From: Oligoflexales bacterium | GTDB lineage: Bacteria; Bdellovibrionota_B; Oligoflexia; Oligoflexales; Bog-1112 | DNA: 64,000 bases | Reading direction: 5' to 3' | Assembly (NCBI GenBank): GCA_045105515.1 | Contig: JBGCDR010000034.1 | Coordinates: 3,888 to 67,887, forward strand | Part shown: in pieces, positions 1 to 10,112 of the stretch | Layout: every line of letters starts with the position of its first letter | Numbering within the stretch: position 1 is the first letter of the stretch | Notes under the pieces: generated by a model | Told to the model about the DNA's origin: nothing | The model's input: the letters and a program-made list of their open reading frames with translations, nothing else | Databases searched by the model: none | Program-made: the position numbers and the translations under genes

Positions 1-113
1 ATTAAACATCGAGCTTCATGCTTTAATTCCTCATCTCCTGACCAATCATCCTCAAGAGGCCCCTCAGATAAAATTCTCTCTACCTTAATCGATTCACCGC
101 TGAATTCATTCAT
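1..113 (-). CDS. Probable 5' end of Holliday junction helicase RuvB (runs off window)
   Basis: ATG at 113 just after the ruvA stop; open frame MNEFSGESIKVERILSEGPLEDDW...; acidic N-terminus with ERILS; identity inferred mainly from position after ruvA. Confidence 0.5.
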   Translation of the reverse strand, partial: MNEFSGESIKVERILSEGPLEDDWSGDEELKHEARCL

Positions 114-126
114 GAGTCACCTAGAC

Positions 127-855
127 TTAAAAAATCGTCTTAATATCCATAGATTTTACTTTGGCACCCTGGCGTTTCTTATCGCTTAATCCCCCAGAGA
201 TAAGCTTAAGAGCTGCTTTCACTAAGGTAGAAAAATCTTCGTCCTTATGATCTTTTTCGAGTTTCTTAATCACTGGACTAATATCCTTGTCCTTGAAACC
301 TAGATTTTCTAGTGCAGAGTGCAGATCAATTCGTAAGTACTCTTCCCAAGGCGATAAGGTGCCAGTCGCTCCAACACGATCAGTATCAAAACCAAGGCTT
401 GGCTCAAGAACTCCAAAGACACCAGCCTTATTGCTGGAACTGCTTGGAAGCTTATCTTTTTTCGCTTTAAGTTCGAGAAGAATTTTTTCAGCAGTTCTTT
501 TACCAATGCCCGGCACTTGATAAAACAATCTTGCTTCATCTTGGTCAATAGCTCTATGCAAGTCAGACACATCCAATGTAGATAGAATCGCCATTCCTAC
601 CTTTGGGCCTACACCGCTAATTTGTATCAGTATTTCAAAGCATTGACGCTCTTCCCAATAATTAAATCCATACAGGTTAAGAGCATCTTCTCGCACCTTG
701 GTATAAACCCAAAAACCCATAGCTTCTTCACTATTGGGAGGCAAGGAAGCCAGAGTTGGTAATGTGAGCGCAAGCTCATACCCAACTCCATTCACATCTA
801 AGATGATACCACTCGGCATACGTTTTAATACTCTGCCCGTTAAGAAGGAAATCAT
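127..855 (-). CDS. ruvA: Holliday junction branch migration protein RuvA
   Basis: MISFLTG..., VNGVGYE, VREDALNLYGF, ISGVGPK and VPGIGKRTAEKI HhH motifs, C-terminal SALENLGF; start set at ATG 855. Confidence 0.97.
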   Translation of the reverse strand: MISFLTGRVLKRMPSGIILDVNGVGYELALTLPTLASLPPNSEEAMGFWVYTKVREDALNLYGFNYWEERQCFEILIQISGVGPKVGMAILSTLDVSDLHRAIDQDEARLFYQVPGIGKRTAEKILLELKAKKDKLPSSSSNKAGVFGVLEPSLGFDTDRVGATGTLSPWEEYLRIDLHSALENLGFKDKDISPVIKKLEKDHKDEDFSTLVKAALKLISGGLSDKKRQGAKVKSMDIKTIF

Positions 856-967
856 TAATTTTACCTTTTGTAATTGTCTCTGATAACGCCCTAACAATCT
901 TCCCTGAAGGCAGGAACTACGAGGGACAATCTAGGCGGACAAACAGGTCTCTAAAGGTAACATAGTG

Positions 968-1513
968 CTAACCCTCTTGAAGACGTAATTCTAGCTTTAC
1001 ACAAAAAGCTTGCAAATTCTCCTTGAGTTCTTCAACTTGCCGATTCTGCTCGAGCTGTTCCAAAAGCTCTAAATCTTTTTTGATAGTTTGCAAATCTTCG
1101 GATGTCAAAGACCTCAATGCTGCCGTCATATCATTGAAATTTCTAACCACAAACCTTAGATCATCATCATCGCGCAAACGCATGGTACCATTGAATTTTC
1201 CTAAGCTCACCATTCGCAGAGACCTGACCAAGCTGTACATGGGCCCAGCAATTCGATGAGTCATTAAAATTCCCATCACTGCGATCATTGAAATATTGAT
1301 CACAGCTGCCAAGGCCATAGCAATCAGAATCGGTAAAGGCAAGAATCTTGGGATACGAAGAATCTGAAATTGGTAAAGGGGATACAAAATCACCACTGTA
1401 GTCAAAAAAGTAGAAACAAGGCCGACTACGACAGCGGACTTGGTGTAGCGCATCTGAAAATCGCGGTTAACCAGAAATATTTTTTTATGACCTTTTTTAT
1501 TGCGGCTTGTCAT
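968..1513 (-). CDS. Two-TM membrane protein with HAMP domain
   Basis: Two hydrophobic segments followed by THRIAGP...LRDDDDL...FNDM HAMP pattern. Confidence 0.75.
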   Translation of the reverse strand: MTSRNKKGHKKIFLVNRDFQMRYTKSAVVVGLVSTFLTTVVILYPLYQFQILRIPRFLPLPILIAMALAAVINISMIAVMGILMTHRIAGPMYSLVRSLRMVSLGKFNGTMRLRDDDDLRFVVRNFNDMTAALRSLTSEDLQTIKKDLELLEQLEQNRQVEELKENLQAFCVKLELRLQEG

Positions 1514-1559
1514 CTGCCCCTCCCATTTGACCTAGACTGCTAGAGTAACTGGCTCAGAT

Positions 1560-1586
1560 GCTTCGGTACCCAATTAAGTTCAGTTA
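1560..1586 (-). promoter_or_regulatory. Candidate sigma28 (FliA)-type promoter
   Basis: Minus strand TAAC-N15-ACCGAAGC upstream of the HAMP gene. Confidence 0.35.
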
Positions 1587-1729
1587 CTATTTTGGCATGA
1601 GATGACAAGTAAACAAAGGCGAGACCCAGAGCGCCTGCAAGAGACTTGGGTAGTATTTTGGCCAACAATAAAAGTTTTTATTTAAGAGAAGAAAATCTAT
1701 AGAGCCACTACCAATAAAAACTCAGGTAA

Positions 1730-2878
1730 TTACCGCTTTAGCTCTGCTGCTTTATCTGTTCGCTCCCATGGAAATTCACTGCGACCAAAATGACCATAAG
1801 CAGCAGTTTTTCGATATATTGGCTGTAAAAGGTGCAAGCTATCGATAATTTGTCGCGGCTTCAAACCAAAATGTTCTTTAACAAGTTCAGCAATCTTTTG
1901 ATCACCTAATTGAGAAGTTCCATAGGTTTCAACGAACACACTCACAGGGTCTGCGACCCCTATCGCATAGGCCAACTGCACTAGACATTTTTTAGCTAAG
2001 CCAGCGGCAACAATATTCTTGGCTATATATCGGCCCATATAGGCCGCAGAGCGGTCTACTTTAGAAGGATCCTTGCCAGAAAAAGCTCCACCTCCATGAG
2101 CTCCGTGACCGCCATATGTATCAACAATTATCTTACGTCCTGTTAACCCGCAGTCCCCTTGAGGTCCCCCAATCACAAAACGCCCTGTGGGGTTGATGTG
2201 ATACTTAGTGTCACTGAGTAGCTTGGCAGGAATTGTGCGCTTAATGCACTCTTCAATCACATACTCACGGAGTTCACCGTGAGAAACATCAGGAGCATGT
2301 TGGGTCGAAATTACAACTGCATCAATCCTGTTTAACTCACCGTTTTTATATTCTGCTGTCACCTGCCCCTTACTATCAGGCCTGAGCCAGTTTACCTTTT
2401 CTTCTTTACGAAGAGTGGCTAGATTTTCCAGTAGACGGTGGGAGTAATCAATGGTCGCAGGCATATATTCTGTAGTTTCATTGCATGCGTAACCAAACAT
2501 CATTCCCTGATCACCTGCCCCTTGCTCAGCATGAAGACCTTCGCCCTCATTAACACCTACGGCAATATCTGCGGACTGCTGATCAATAGCTGTGATAATA
2601 CCGCAGCTCTTTGCATCAAAGCCTAAAGAACCATCTGTATAGCCAATCTCAGTAATTACATCTCTAGCTACCTGGGAAAAATCTATGAGTGCTTTGGAGC
2701 TGATTTCACCAGCTATTACAACCAAACCAGTTTTGACAAGAGTTTCACATGCCACTCGGGACATTTTGTCTTGGGCCAAGAGCGCATCAAGTATCCCATC
2801 GCTGATCTGGTCGGCTACCTTATCAGGGTGCCCTTCACTTACTGATTCAGAAGTAAATAAATAGTTCTCATTACTCAT
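1730..2878 (-). CDS. metK: S-adenosylmethionine synthetase
   Basis: [38 protein letters not shown] motifs. Confidence 0.99.
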   Translation of the reverse strand: MSNENYLFTSESVSEGHPDKVADQISDGILDALLAQDKMSRVACETLVKTGLVVIAGEISSKALIDFSQVARDVITEIGYTDGSLGFDAKSCGIITAIDQQSADIAVGVNEGEGLHAEQGAGDQGMMFGYACNETTEYMPATIDYSHRLLENLATLRKEEKVNWLRPDSKGQVTAEYKNGELNRIDAVVISTQHAPDVSHGELREYVIEECIKRTIPAKLLSDTKYHINPTGRFVIGGPQGDCGLTGRKIIVDTYGGHGAHGGGAFSGKDPSKVDRSAAYMGRYIAKNIVAAGLAKKCLVQLAYAIGVADPVSVFVETYGTSQLGDQKIAELVKEHFGLKPRQIIDSLHLLQPIYRKTAAYGHFGRSEFPWERTDKAAELKR

Positions 2879-3855
2879 AACAAACTCCTTTTCATCTCGA
2901 CCTGTAATTCATCCGGTTTTGGATGACCCAAACCGAGCCCAAAAGCGCGGCCATCCCTATCCAGCAAGAGCAACTTCTCCTGCGAACGATTACCAATCAA
3001 CTTGCCCAACTCTGACCCCCGCACTGAGGCGAGGCCATCTTTTATCCTGACCTTCTGCCCAGATCTTAGCATTGCAACAGAACGTAGATCATCAATAGGC
3101 AAGGAGCTCAAACCTAAATCCAAACTTTCCATTGGAATTAATAGAGGTTCTCGTAACTGTCCATTTTTCTCAAGGAATTTTTCAATTTCCTCTAGGCTAA
3201 AAGATTGCCTTATAGCAACTCCTGAAGACTCAGTTCGGCACAGTCTCGTTATGGTCCCACATGTACCAAGTTTTCTTGCCAAATCTCTGGCAGCCACCCG
3301 CACATAGGTTCCCTTAGAACACCTTAAGCGAAAGGTAACAACTTGCCCTGAGAATTCAAGAATTTTAAACTCATATATGTCTATATTGCGTGCAAGTGCA
3401 TCTAAATCAACTTCATCTGCTCGTCCATTTCTAGCATAAAAATAAAGGGGTTTACCTAGGTACTTCACGGCGGAGTAAATAGGAGGAACCTGGAGCTGCT
3501 TACCAAGAAGATCTTGACTTGCCTCTTCTAAACCATCCCTAGTTACATGCTCATAAGGCATTTCCTTGACTAACTGTCCATCGCTATCAAGAGAATCAGT
3601 TTCGCTACCTAAGCTAACATCACACTCATAGGTTTTAGGGAGGTCCAACAACAGGTCCTGAAGCCTCGTAGCCTTACCCAAAAGAATTGGTAAAACTCCT
3701 TCAGCGGCAGGGTCCAAAGTGCCAACATGCCCCATTTTGACCTTAGAACCTAATCGCTTACTAAGCCATCGAGAAACATCTTTGGAGACCATTCCTACTG
3801 GCTTATTTACAACTAGAAGACCAGAAAGCTCCTGTGGGTGGAGAGTCTTAACCAC
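2875..3855 (-). CDS. truB: tRNA pseudouridine(55) synthase
   Basis: [34 protein letters not shown] motifs; follows rbfA. Confidence 0.96.
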   Translation of the reverse strand: MVKTLHPQELSGLLVVNKPVGMVSKDVSRWLSKRLGSKVKMGHVGTLDPAAEGVLPILLGKATRLQDLLLDLPKTYECDVSLGSETDSLDSDGQLVKEMPYEHVTRDGLEEASQDLLGKQLQVPPIYSAVKYLGKPLYFYARNGRADEVDLDALARNIDIYEFKILEFSGQVVTFRLRCSKGTYVRVAARDLARKLGTCGTITRLCRTESSGVAIRQSFSLEEIEKFLEKNGQLREPLLIPMESLDLGLSSLPIDDLRSVAMLRSGQKVRIKDGLASVRGSELGKLIGNRSQEKLLLLDRDGRAFGLGLGHPKPDELQVEMKRSLL

Positions 3856-3886
3856 GCTTCTATCCTTTTTTACTTTTTAGGGAAAT

Positions 3887-4225
3887 TTAGTTTTTGGCTT
3901 GATGAAGAAGGGCTTCAATTCTGGAACCATGCTCAACACTCTCATCATAAAAAAAGCGGAGCTCTGGCACCCGGCGAAGTTTCAAATTCTGGGCAAGGTG
4001 CTTCCTCAAAAAACCCTTACTCCGCTCAAGTCCAACCTTAGCTTGATCCTTGGGACCGTGATTGTACAGTCGGAAGTAAGCGGTAGCCAGCTGCAAGTCG
4101 GCACTCACCTTTACGTGAGTTATACTCACACCTTCTAGCCGTGGGTCGCGCATTTGACTGCCGAGAAAACAAGTTGCCAATAAATCTCTAATCTCGTCTG
4201 CCAGACGTTCCTGTCTTAATCCCAT
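3887..4225 (-). CDS. rbfA: 30S ribosome-binding factor A
   Basis: RDPRL, ITHVKVSADL, LRRVPELRFFYD; follows infB. Confidence 0.96.
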   Translation of the reverse strand: MGLRQERLADEIRDLLATCFLGSQMRDPRLEGVSITHVKVSADLQLATAYFRLYNHGPKDQAKVGLERSKGFLRKHLAQNLKLRRVPELRFFYDESVEHGSRIEALLHQAKN

Positions 4226-4243
4226 TTCCTATCCATCATTTTA

Positions 4244-7200
4244 TCAAATTTCATTAAAATCCAAGGTCGCGGCAGACTCTTCAATCATGTAAGCCTCTAT
4301 CACATCGCCGACTTTTATATCAGTATAGCCATCTATGGATATTCCGCATTCATACCCATTCTGAACTTCTTTTACATCGTCCTTAAACCTTCTTAAAGAC
4401 CCCACTTTACCGCTGAAAATTACGATCTCATTGCGGATAAGCCTTAGGAAAGAGCTACGAGTAATCTTGCCATCTGTAACCGAAGAACCAGCAATAGTAC
4501 CGACTTTCGGAACACTAATTGCGTTACGAACTTCTGCATGTCCCTGTATAACCTCTGTCTCAATAGGAGGCAAGACTCCTGCCATCAAGCTTTTTACAGC
4601 ATCTACAAGATCATAAATGATACTGAAGTACTTGATCACAATCCCACGTTTTTCAGCTATATCAGCACACGCATTAGAAGCTCTGACGTTAAAAGCAAGA
4701 ACAACTCCCTGACTAGTTTCAGCTAGGTTTAGATCGCTCTCATTAACACCACCTACAGCTTTATGAACCACAATATTTTTAACTTTATCGGTATTTAACT
4801 TTTCTAATGCCGATAAAATAGCTTCGACACTTCCCTGGGTATCAGCTTTAATAACGAAGTTAACAAGCGGGATCTCTTCAGAGTTAACCTTACCAAGTAG
4901 CTGATCAAGGGTAGCAGCAGCTGAGTTACCCTGCCGTTGTTCGTCTTCTTTCGCGCGGCGGAGATCGGCTACTTCCCGACCAAGTTTCTCGTCGGTGACA
5001 GCATTTACCTGGTCTCCGGACATAGGCACTTCAGTGAGGCCAATGACCTCAATCGGAGTTGAAGGATACGCTTCATCTAGGGCTTGTCCCAGATGGTCGG
5101 TCATAGCCCTAACCCTACCAGTAACTTTACCTGCAACTATGAAGTCGCCAGTTTTAAGAATCCCCCTAGTTACCATTACAGTTGCTACTGGTCCGCGCCC
5201 CTTATCAAGGTGAGCTTCTACAATAGCACCCTCTGCTCGGCAATCGACTGGAGCATCCAACTCTAACATTTCCGATTGTAACTGAATCGCCTCAAGCAGT
5301 TCATTAATTCCCTCTCCCTTCAGAGCGGAAACCTTAACAAATTGTATTTCCCCACCCCACTCTTCGGCCTGAACTCCATGCTCACTAAGCTCAGTGTAAA
5401 GACGATCTAGATTTAGGTTAGGTTTATCAATTTTATTGACTGCAACAATGACTGGAACCCCAGCATTTTTTGCATGAGAAATTGCTTCTATAGTCTGCGG
5501 CATTACTCCATCATCAGCGGCAACTACCAACACCACAATATCGGTAATCTGTGCTCCTCTAGCTCTCATTGCAGAAAAAGCTGCATGGCCTGGTGTATCA
5601 AGAAAAGTAAATTTAAAGTTTTCCCGATTCACAGTATAGGCACCTATATGCTGAGTGATGCCGCCAGACTCACCTCCAGCTACATTAGATTTACGAATGA
5701 CATCCAAGATTGAAGTTTTACCATGGTCAACATGGCCCATAACGGTGATTATAGGAGCCCTCGCAATTACTTTACTCCCATCATTTTCGGCACTTAGGAC
5801 ATCCTCAACAGTCTTTTCAACATTCCTGCATTCATATCCATACTCTGTTGCAATTAAGGTTGCGGTATCAAAATCAATATTTTGATTTACCGTAGCCATT
5901 ACACCTTGCCCCATGAGTTTCTTAATCAACTCGGAAGCTTTAACACTTAATTGTTTAGCTAAATCGCCAACAGTAAGTTGAGATCCATCAACCTTAACGA
6001 CTCTATAAGCCGCACGGGGGGTTGTGATCTGAGTGGTTTTGAGATCCTTCCGCCTCTTTGCGTCTTTTTTTCTCTGCTGAGTGGAAGGAGTATAAACAGT
6101 GCGACGTTTTCGATTTACATTTGCATAAGGCTCTGCGACTTCCAAGCCAGATGAATCATCAAGCAAATCACGCATGGATATCCTGCGCTTGCTGCTACTA
6201 GGAACCGCCTTAACGGCAACCTTTTCATCCTCGTCCTTGCGAGCTTGATGACGGTCTTTACCTTTTTCTTTAGACCACTTAGAGCCACCGCTAAAGCCTT
6301 CTTCACTCGATTCAGTGAAGCCGGGACGAGCTTCCGCCGCTGGGGCTTTTGGTTCTTTTTTCTCTATTCCTCGGCCTTCATTCTGGCCCATACGAGGACT
6401 AACTCCGATGCCGGTTACTCGCACACCGCGGCTATCTTCACGTCTCGAAGTTCTTTGTCTGGCTTCCTCAGTAGCCTTTGTAGCTTCAGTCTCCTCGACT
6501 GTTGCTTTTCGAACAATAGTTGCTCCAGAAAAGCTTTTCTTCTTAGCAGCACTGCGGGCCTTAACCTCTTTGTCCTTATTGTCTCTTTCCTTTTCCTTTA
6601 AGCGGTCGCGCTCTTTAGGCTTCGCTGCTGCGCTTGCGCTTAGATCCACTTTTTTAGCCATCTGCGTAGCGTGGCCAATGGGTGGGATCTTTCTATCTTT
6701 GTTTATGCCTAAGGCTGTTCCACCTTTCACGTCTTTATTTGCTTCCTTTAAGTCATTCCCTGTAGTGCTTAATTCCGGCTCTGTGCCAGCTGCAGAAGGG
6801 AGGTTTGGGGCAGGTTCAGCCTTGGCTTCTTCGGCTAAGGCGCCTTGTTTTTCCTCTTTAGGTTCAGGTGTAACTTCGTGGCTTGCTTGCTTGCTTGCCA
6901 GGACATCTTCTTTTGTCTTTTCTGCTACACCCGCTTTTACCTTATCTGAAGCCTTAGCCTCTTCCTTTGCCGCGCTGGAAGCAGCTTTTTCAGTTGGTTT
7001 AGAAGCATTAGCAGCAACTTCGCCCCCCTCTACTAGATCACTTTTTTCCAAAGAAGGAGCTTCAGCAGCATTCTCGCTGCTCAATTTCTTTTTAGCCTTG
7101 GGGGTTTCAAGCTTTTTCGCCACAACTGGCGGTTTGGTTTTGGCGTCATCAGCTTCACCTTGTGCAAGAGCTTCACTGACGTTTTTAGACTCTGAAGGTT

Positions 7201-7576
7201 TCGCCGACGTTTTAGCTGGCTCACTTTTAAAAGCAGACTCCAGCTGAGATGTAGGGTCTGAATCTGAGGTTTTATGAGCTTTATTTTCTGCAGCTTCCCC
7301 CGAAAGCTCAGGGCTTTTAGCAGTGTCAGCTACTGTACCATCAGCCGCTGACTCGTCGCCAGCTGCCTTAGCATCGGTAGGTGCCTTACGACGCCTTCTC
7401 ACAACGACCTTGGGTTTGCTAGTTTCCATGCTGGCTCTAATTTTTTCGATCTGCGCCGCCGTTAAGGTACTTTGATGACTTGGAACCTGAACTCCCAAAT
7501 CCTTCATTTTGGCTAAAAGCGCTTTACTTTCCATTTTCAGTTCGCGAGCAAGCTCATAAACGCGAATCTTTGCCAT
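4244..7576 (-). CDS. infB: Translation initiation factor IF-2
   Basis: [12 protein letters not shown]-terminus, [17 protein letters not shown] GTPase motifs, IF2 C-terminal domains. Confidence 0.99.
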   Translation of the reverse strand: MAKIRVYELARELKMESKALLAKMKDLGVQVPSHQSTLTAAQIEKIRASMETSKPKVVVRRRRKAPTDAKAAGDESAADGTVADTAKSPELSGEAAENKAHKTSDSDPTSQLESAFKSEPAKTSAKPSESKNVSEALAQGEADDAKTKPPVVAKKLETPKAKKKLSSENAAEAPSLEKSDLVEGGEVAANASKPTEKAASSAAKEEAKASDKVKAGVAEKTKEDVLASKQASHEVTPEPKEEKQGALAEEAKAEPAPNLPSAAGTEPELSTTGNDLKEANKDVKGGTALGINKDRKIPPIGHATQMAKKVDLSASAAAKPKERDRLKEKERDNKDKEVKARSAAKKKSFSGATIVRKATVEETEATKATEEARQRTSRREDSRGVRVTGIGVSPRMGQNEGRGIEKKEPKAPAAEARPGFTESSEEGFSGGSKWSKEKGKDRHQARKDEDEKVAVKAVPSSSKRRISMRDLLDDSSGLEVAEPYANVNRKRRTVYTPSTQQRKKDAKRRKDLKTTQITTPRAAYRVVKVDGSQLTVGDLAKQLSVKASELIKKLMGQGVMATVNQNIDFDTATLIATEYGYECRNVEKTVEDVLSAENDGSKVIARAPIITVMGHVDHGKTSILDVIRKSNVAGGESGGITQHIGAYTVNRENFKFTFLDTPGHAAFSAMRARGAQITDIVVLVVAADDGVMPQTIEAISHAKNAGVPVIVAVNKIDKPNLNLDRLYTELSEHGVQAEEWGGEIQFVKVSALKGEGINELLEAIQLQSEMLELDAPVDCRAEGAIVEAHLDKGRGPVATVMVTRGILKTGDFIVAGKVTGRVRAMTDHLGQALDEAYPSTPIEVIGLTEVPMSGDQVNAVTDEKLGREVADLRRAKEDEQRQGNSAAATLDQLLGKVNSEEIPLVNFVIKADTQGSVEAILSALEKLNTDKVKNIVVHKAVGGVNESDLNLAETSQGVVLAFNVRASNACADIAEKRGIVIKYFSIIYDLVDAVKSLMAGVLPPIETEVIQGHAEVRNAISVPKVGTIAGSSVTDGKITRSSFLRLIRNEIVIFSGKVGSLRRFKDDVKEVQNGYECGISIDGYTDIKVGDVIEAYMIEESAATLDFNEI

Positions 7577-7660
7577 TCAAAACCCTCTTTATACGTTGGA
7601 AAGGCGTAAGCCCCGTACCCCTAGAATTGGAGGTAGGTTATCCAAAAACTACATTTTCAT

Positions 7661-9262
7661 TCAAGTTTTATCTTCAACAACCAGCTGCTCTTGCAAATAT
7701 CGGTCTGCTGCTATCTGAACCGTCCTTGCTATACCAAGCGATAAATCAGCTTTCTGAGCAACTTCGTCTGCGGAGTCAGCGATAATATCGCCAATTGTTC
7801 CGTATCCAGCATCAGCTAAGGCATGAGCTGTGGCTTCACCAACTCCCTTAAGCTTCATAAACACTTCAATCCGATCTTTTCTAATATCGTCTTCAACCTT
7901 ATTGATGGTTTCTTCTGGTATCGGTGCAGCAGCAGCATCCTCAGCGCTGTATTCATCAGTATCCTGAATTACGCCAGTTTCAAGTTCTTTAGCCTTTTCA
8001 GCAGCAGCCTGCAATACTTTTTCCGCATCAGACTCATCAAGATTTAATAGACGTCCTAAAGCGCGCGGACTAACTTCAGCAAGTTCTGCCAGAGTTTTGA
8101 TTCCTTCATGGACCAAAATACCAGCATGCATATCTCCAAGTCCTTCAACAGAAGCAAGCACAGACTTAACTCCTGCAAGCTGTTCTTCGAGCTTCGCTTC
8201 ACTCTTAATATCCAAGCGCCAACCAGTTAACTGAGCCGCCAACCTTACGTTCTGTCCACGTTTACCAATTGCCAGAGATAGTTGATCTTCAGCAACGATG
8301 ACTTCCATTGCATGCCGTTCCTCGTCCACGATAACTTTGCTTACAACAGCAGGGGCTAATGCATTACACACAAGCTTGGCTGGATCTTTGTCCCATGGGA
8401 CAATATCAATCTTTTCTCCATTCAACTCTTGAACTACCGCCTGAACCCTTGCGCCTTTCATACCAACGCAAGCTCCAACTGGGTCAACCGAGCTATCGCG
8501 AGAATAAACTGCTATTTTTGACCTCAGTCCGGCATCTCTTGCTGCAGATTCTATGCTCACGATGCCATCATATATCTCTGTAACATGCTGCTCAAACAGC
8601 CTGATAAGAAATCCGGGATGTGCCCTTGACATAACAACCTGAGGCCCTCGCGAGGACCTTTTAATTTCGACGACATAGCCTTGGATTCTATCTTTCGGCC
8701 TAAATCGCTCGCCTTGCATCTGCTCTCTCACAGGAACAACAGCCTCAACACGTCCAAGATCGACAATGATATCATTGCGCTCCAAACGTCTGACATGCCC
8801 GCTCAATATCTCACCAACTCGTTCTTTAAACTCTTCAAAGACCTGAGCTCTCTCTGCATCACGAACTTTCTGCACAATAATCTGTTTTGCAGACTGGGCA
8901 GCAATTCTACCAAACCGAGCTGTATTGATCTTGATTCCTAAGGCATCACCAATCTCGGTATCGGGGTCCAGCTTTTTAGCATCGGTTAGCTCGATCTCAG
9001 TCTCATTGCCATCACCATCTTCTTCTGTGGTGGAGTCATCAGCAACGACGTTCCTAAATTGAAATAGCTCAATTTCATCCATTTCTTCATTGTAGGTAGC
9101 TTCTAAATCGGCATTGGTTCCGAAATCCCTCCTAGCTGCATGAAGAATTGCTTGTTCGAGCGCATCGATGATAACTGCTTTATCAAGGTTTTTGTCCTTG
9201 CTAACAACAGAAATAACGTCACTTAATTTGCTTCCTTCCCCGGTTCCTTCCAAAAAGGACAT
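7661..9262 (-). CDS. nusA: Transcription termination/antitermination factor NusA with C-terminal HhH repeats
   Basis: FGRIAAQSAKQII, S1 and KH domains (DPVGACVGMKGARV, AIGKRGQNVRLA). Confidence 0.98.
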   Translation of the reverse strand: MSFLEGTGEGSKLSDVISVVSKDKNLDKAVIIDALEQAILHAARRDFGTNADLEATYNEEMDEIELFQFRNVVADDSTTEEDGDGNETEIELTDAKKLDPDTEIGDALGIKINTARFGRIAAQSAKQIIVQKVRDAERAQVFEEFKERVGEILSGHVRRLERNDIIVDLGRVEAVVPVREQMQGERFRPKDRIQGYVVEIKRSSRGPQVVMSRAHPGFLIRLFEQHVTEIYDGIVSIESAARDAGLRSKIAVYSRDSSVDPVGACVGMKGARVQAVVQELNGEKIDIVPWDKDPAKLVCNALAPAVVSKVIVDEERHAMEVIVAEDQLSLAIGKRGQNVRLAAQLTGWRLDIKSEAKLEEQLAGVKSVLASVEGLGDMHAGILVHEGIKTLAELAEVSPRALGRLLNLDESDAEKVLQAAAEKAKELETGVIQDTDEYSAEDAAAAPIPEETINKVEDDIRKDRIEVFMKLKGVGEATAHALADAGYGTIGDIIADSADEVAQKADLSLGIARTVQIAADRYLQEQLVVEDKT

Positions 9263-9328
9263 GGGCTATTCCTCTTATATTTAGTGATTATGACAATGAC
9301 TTTGAGACCTAGCCTTCGATTAAGAAAG

Positions 9329-9787
9329 CTATAAATCCCAATTAAACACAATATTTGCTTTATGGATCAACGATAGAGGAATTGAGTATTCTTCTTCCTC
9401 GAGCTCTATGAAAAGTACTTCATCGTGGATCCGGGTAAGAGTTCCCTGTAGTTTACGTTTTCCCTGTAATGCTTGAACTAAATGTACCGAGACTTCTTTC
9501 CCTATCGAATCCTCAAAATGAGTTGGGCGTCTAAGTGGACGTTCAACCCCTGGAGAGCTTACTTCTAAATTATAATTCCCTGCATCAATGCCTTCAATAC
9601 AACTCATATCTCTTAATAAGCTGTTTGCCTGCACGCAAGCCTCCATATCAACCCCTGTTGGTTTATCAACAAAAACACGTAAGAGTTGATCGTGCTCATT
9701 CCATTCAGCCTCAATACACTCAAAGCCACCAGGCTCCAAATAACCCTGAGCTACGTCCATGATTTTATTAAGTTCTTCTCTTCTCAA
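9329..9787 (-). CDS. rimP: Ribosome maturation factor RimP
   Basis: LRVFVDK, YNLEVSSPGVERPL; first gene of the nusA operon. Confidence 0.95.
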   Translation of the reverse strand: MRREELNKIMDVAQGYLEPGGFECIEAEWNEHDQLLRVFVDKPTGVDMEACVQANSLLRDMSCIEGIDAGNYNLEVSSPGVERPLRRPTHFEDSIGKEVSVHLVQALQGKRKLQGTLTRIHDEVLFIELEEEEYSIPLSLIHKANIVFNWDL

Positions 9788-9803
9788 TAAAATTCCACCT
9801 AAT

Positions 9804-9853
9804 AAAAAAGCCCGGGAACATCTCCCCAGATCTTGAGGTGACGCCAGGCCTTT
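9804..9853 (-). terminator. Terminator-like hairpin in the rimP leader (candidate attenuator)
   Basis: Minus strand AAAGGCCTGG-CGTCACCTC...GGGGAGATG-TTCCCGGGC followed by T6, just upstream of the rimP start. Confidence 0.55.
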
Positions 9854-10112
9854 AAGACCAAATCAATTACCTGCACGAAGCTAAGAAATTGATCCCAAAT
9901 AGATACTAACAGAAAGGCTACCTAACTAATTAGCTTAAGCACTTATAAGCAGTTAACACAGTTCTTTAATCCTGCTTCCTAACAGCTATGCTTTACCATA
10001 AGTAAGGCCAGGAAAGCAATCTATAACTGAAAATCTTTTATTAAACCAATATCATAACATATTTTTCTTGGACAACAAGCGGGAGTAAAAATATTGGCAT
10101 TTCTCCGGAAAT

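Noticed and set aside
6315-7247. 310-aa antisense ORF inside infB
   Set aside because: Shadow of the low-complexity IF2 region; S/A/F/L-rich with no motifs.
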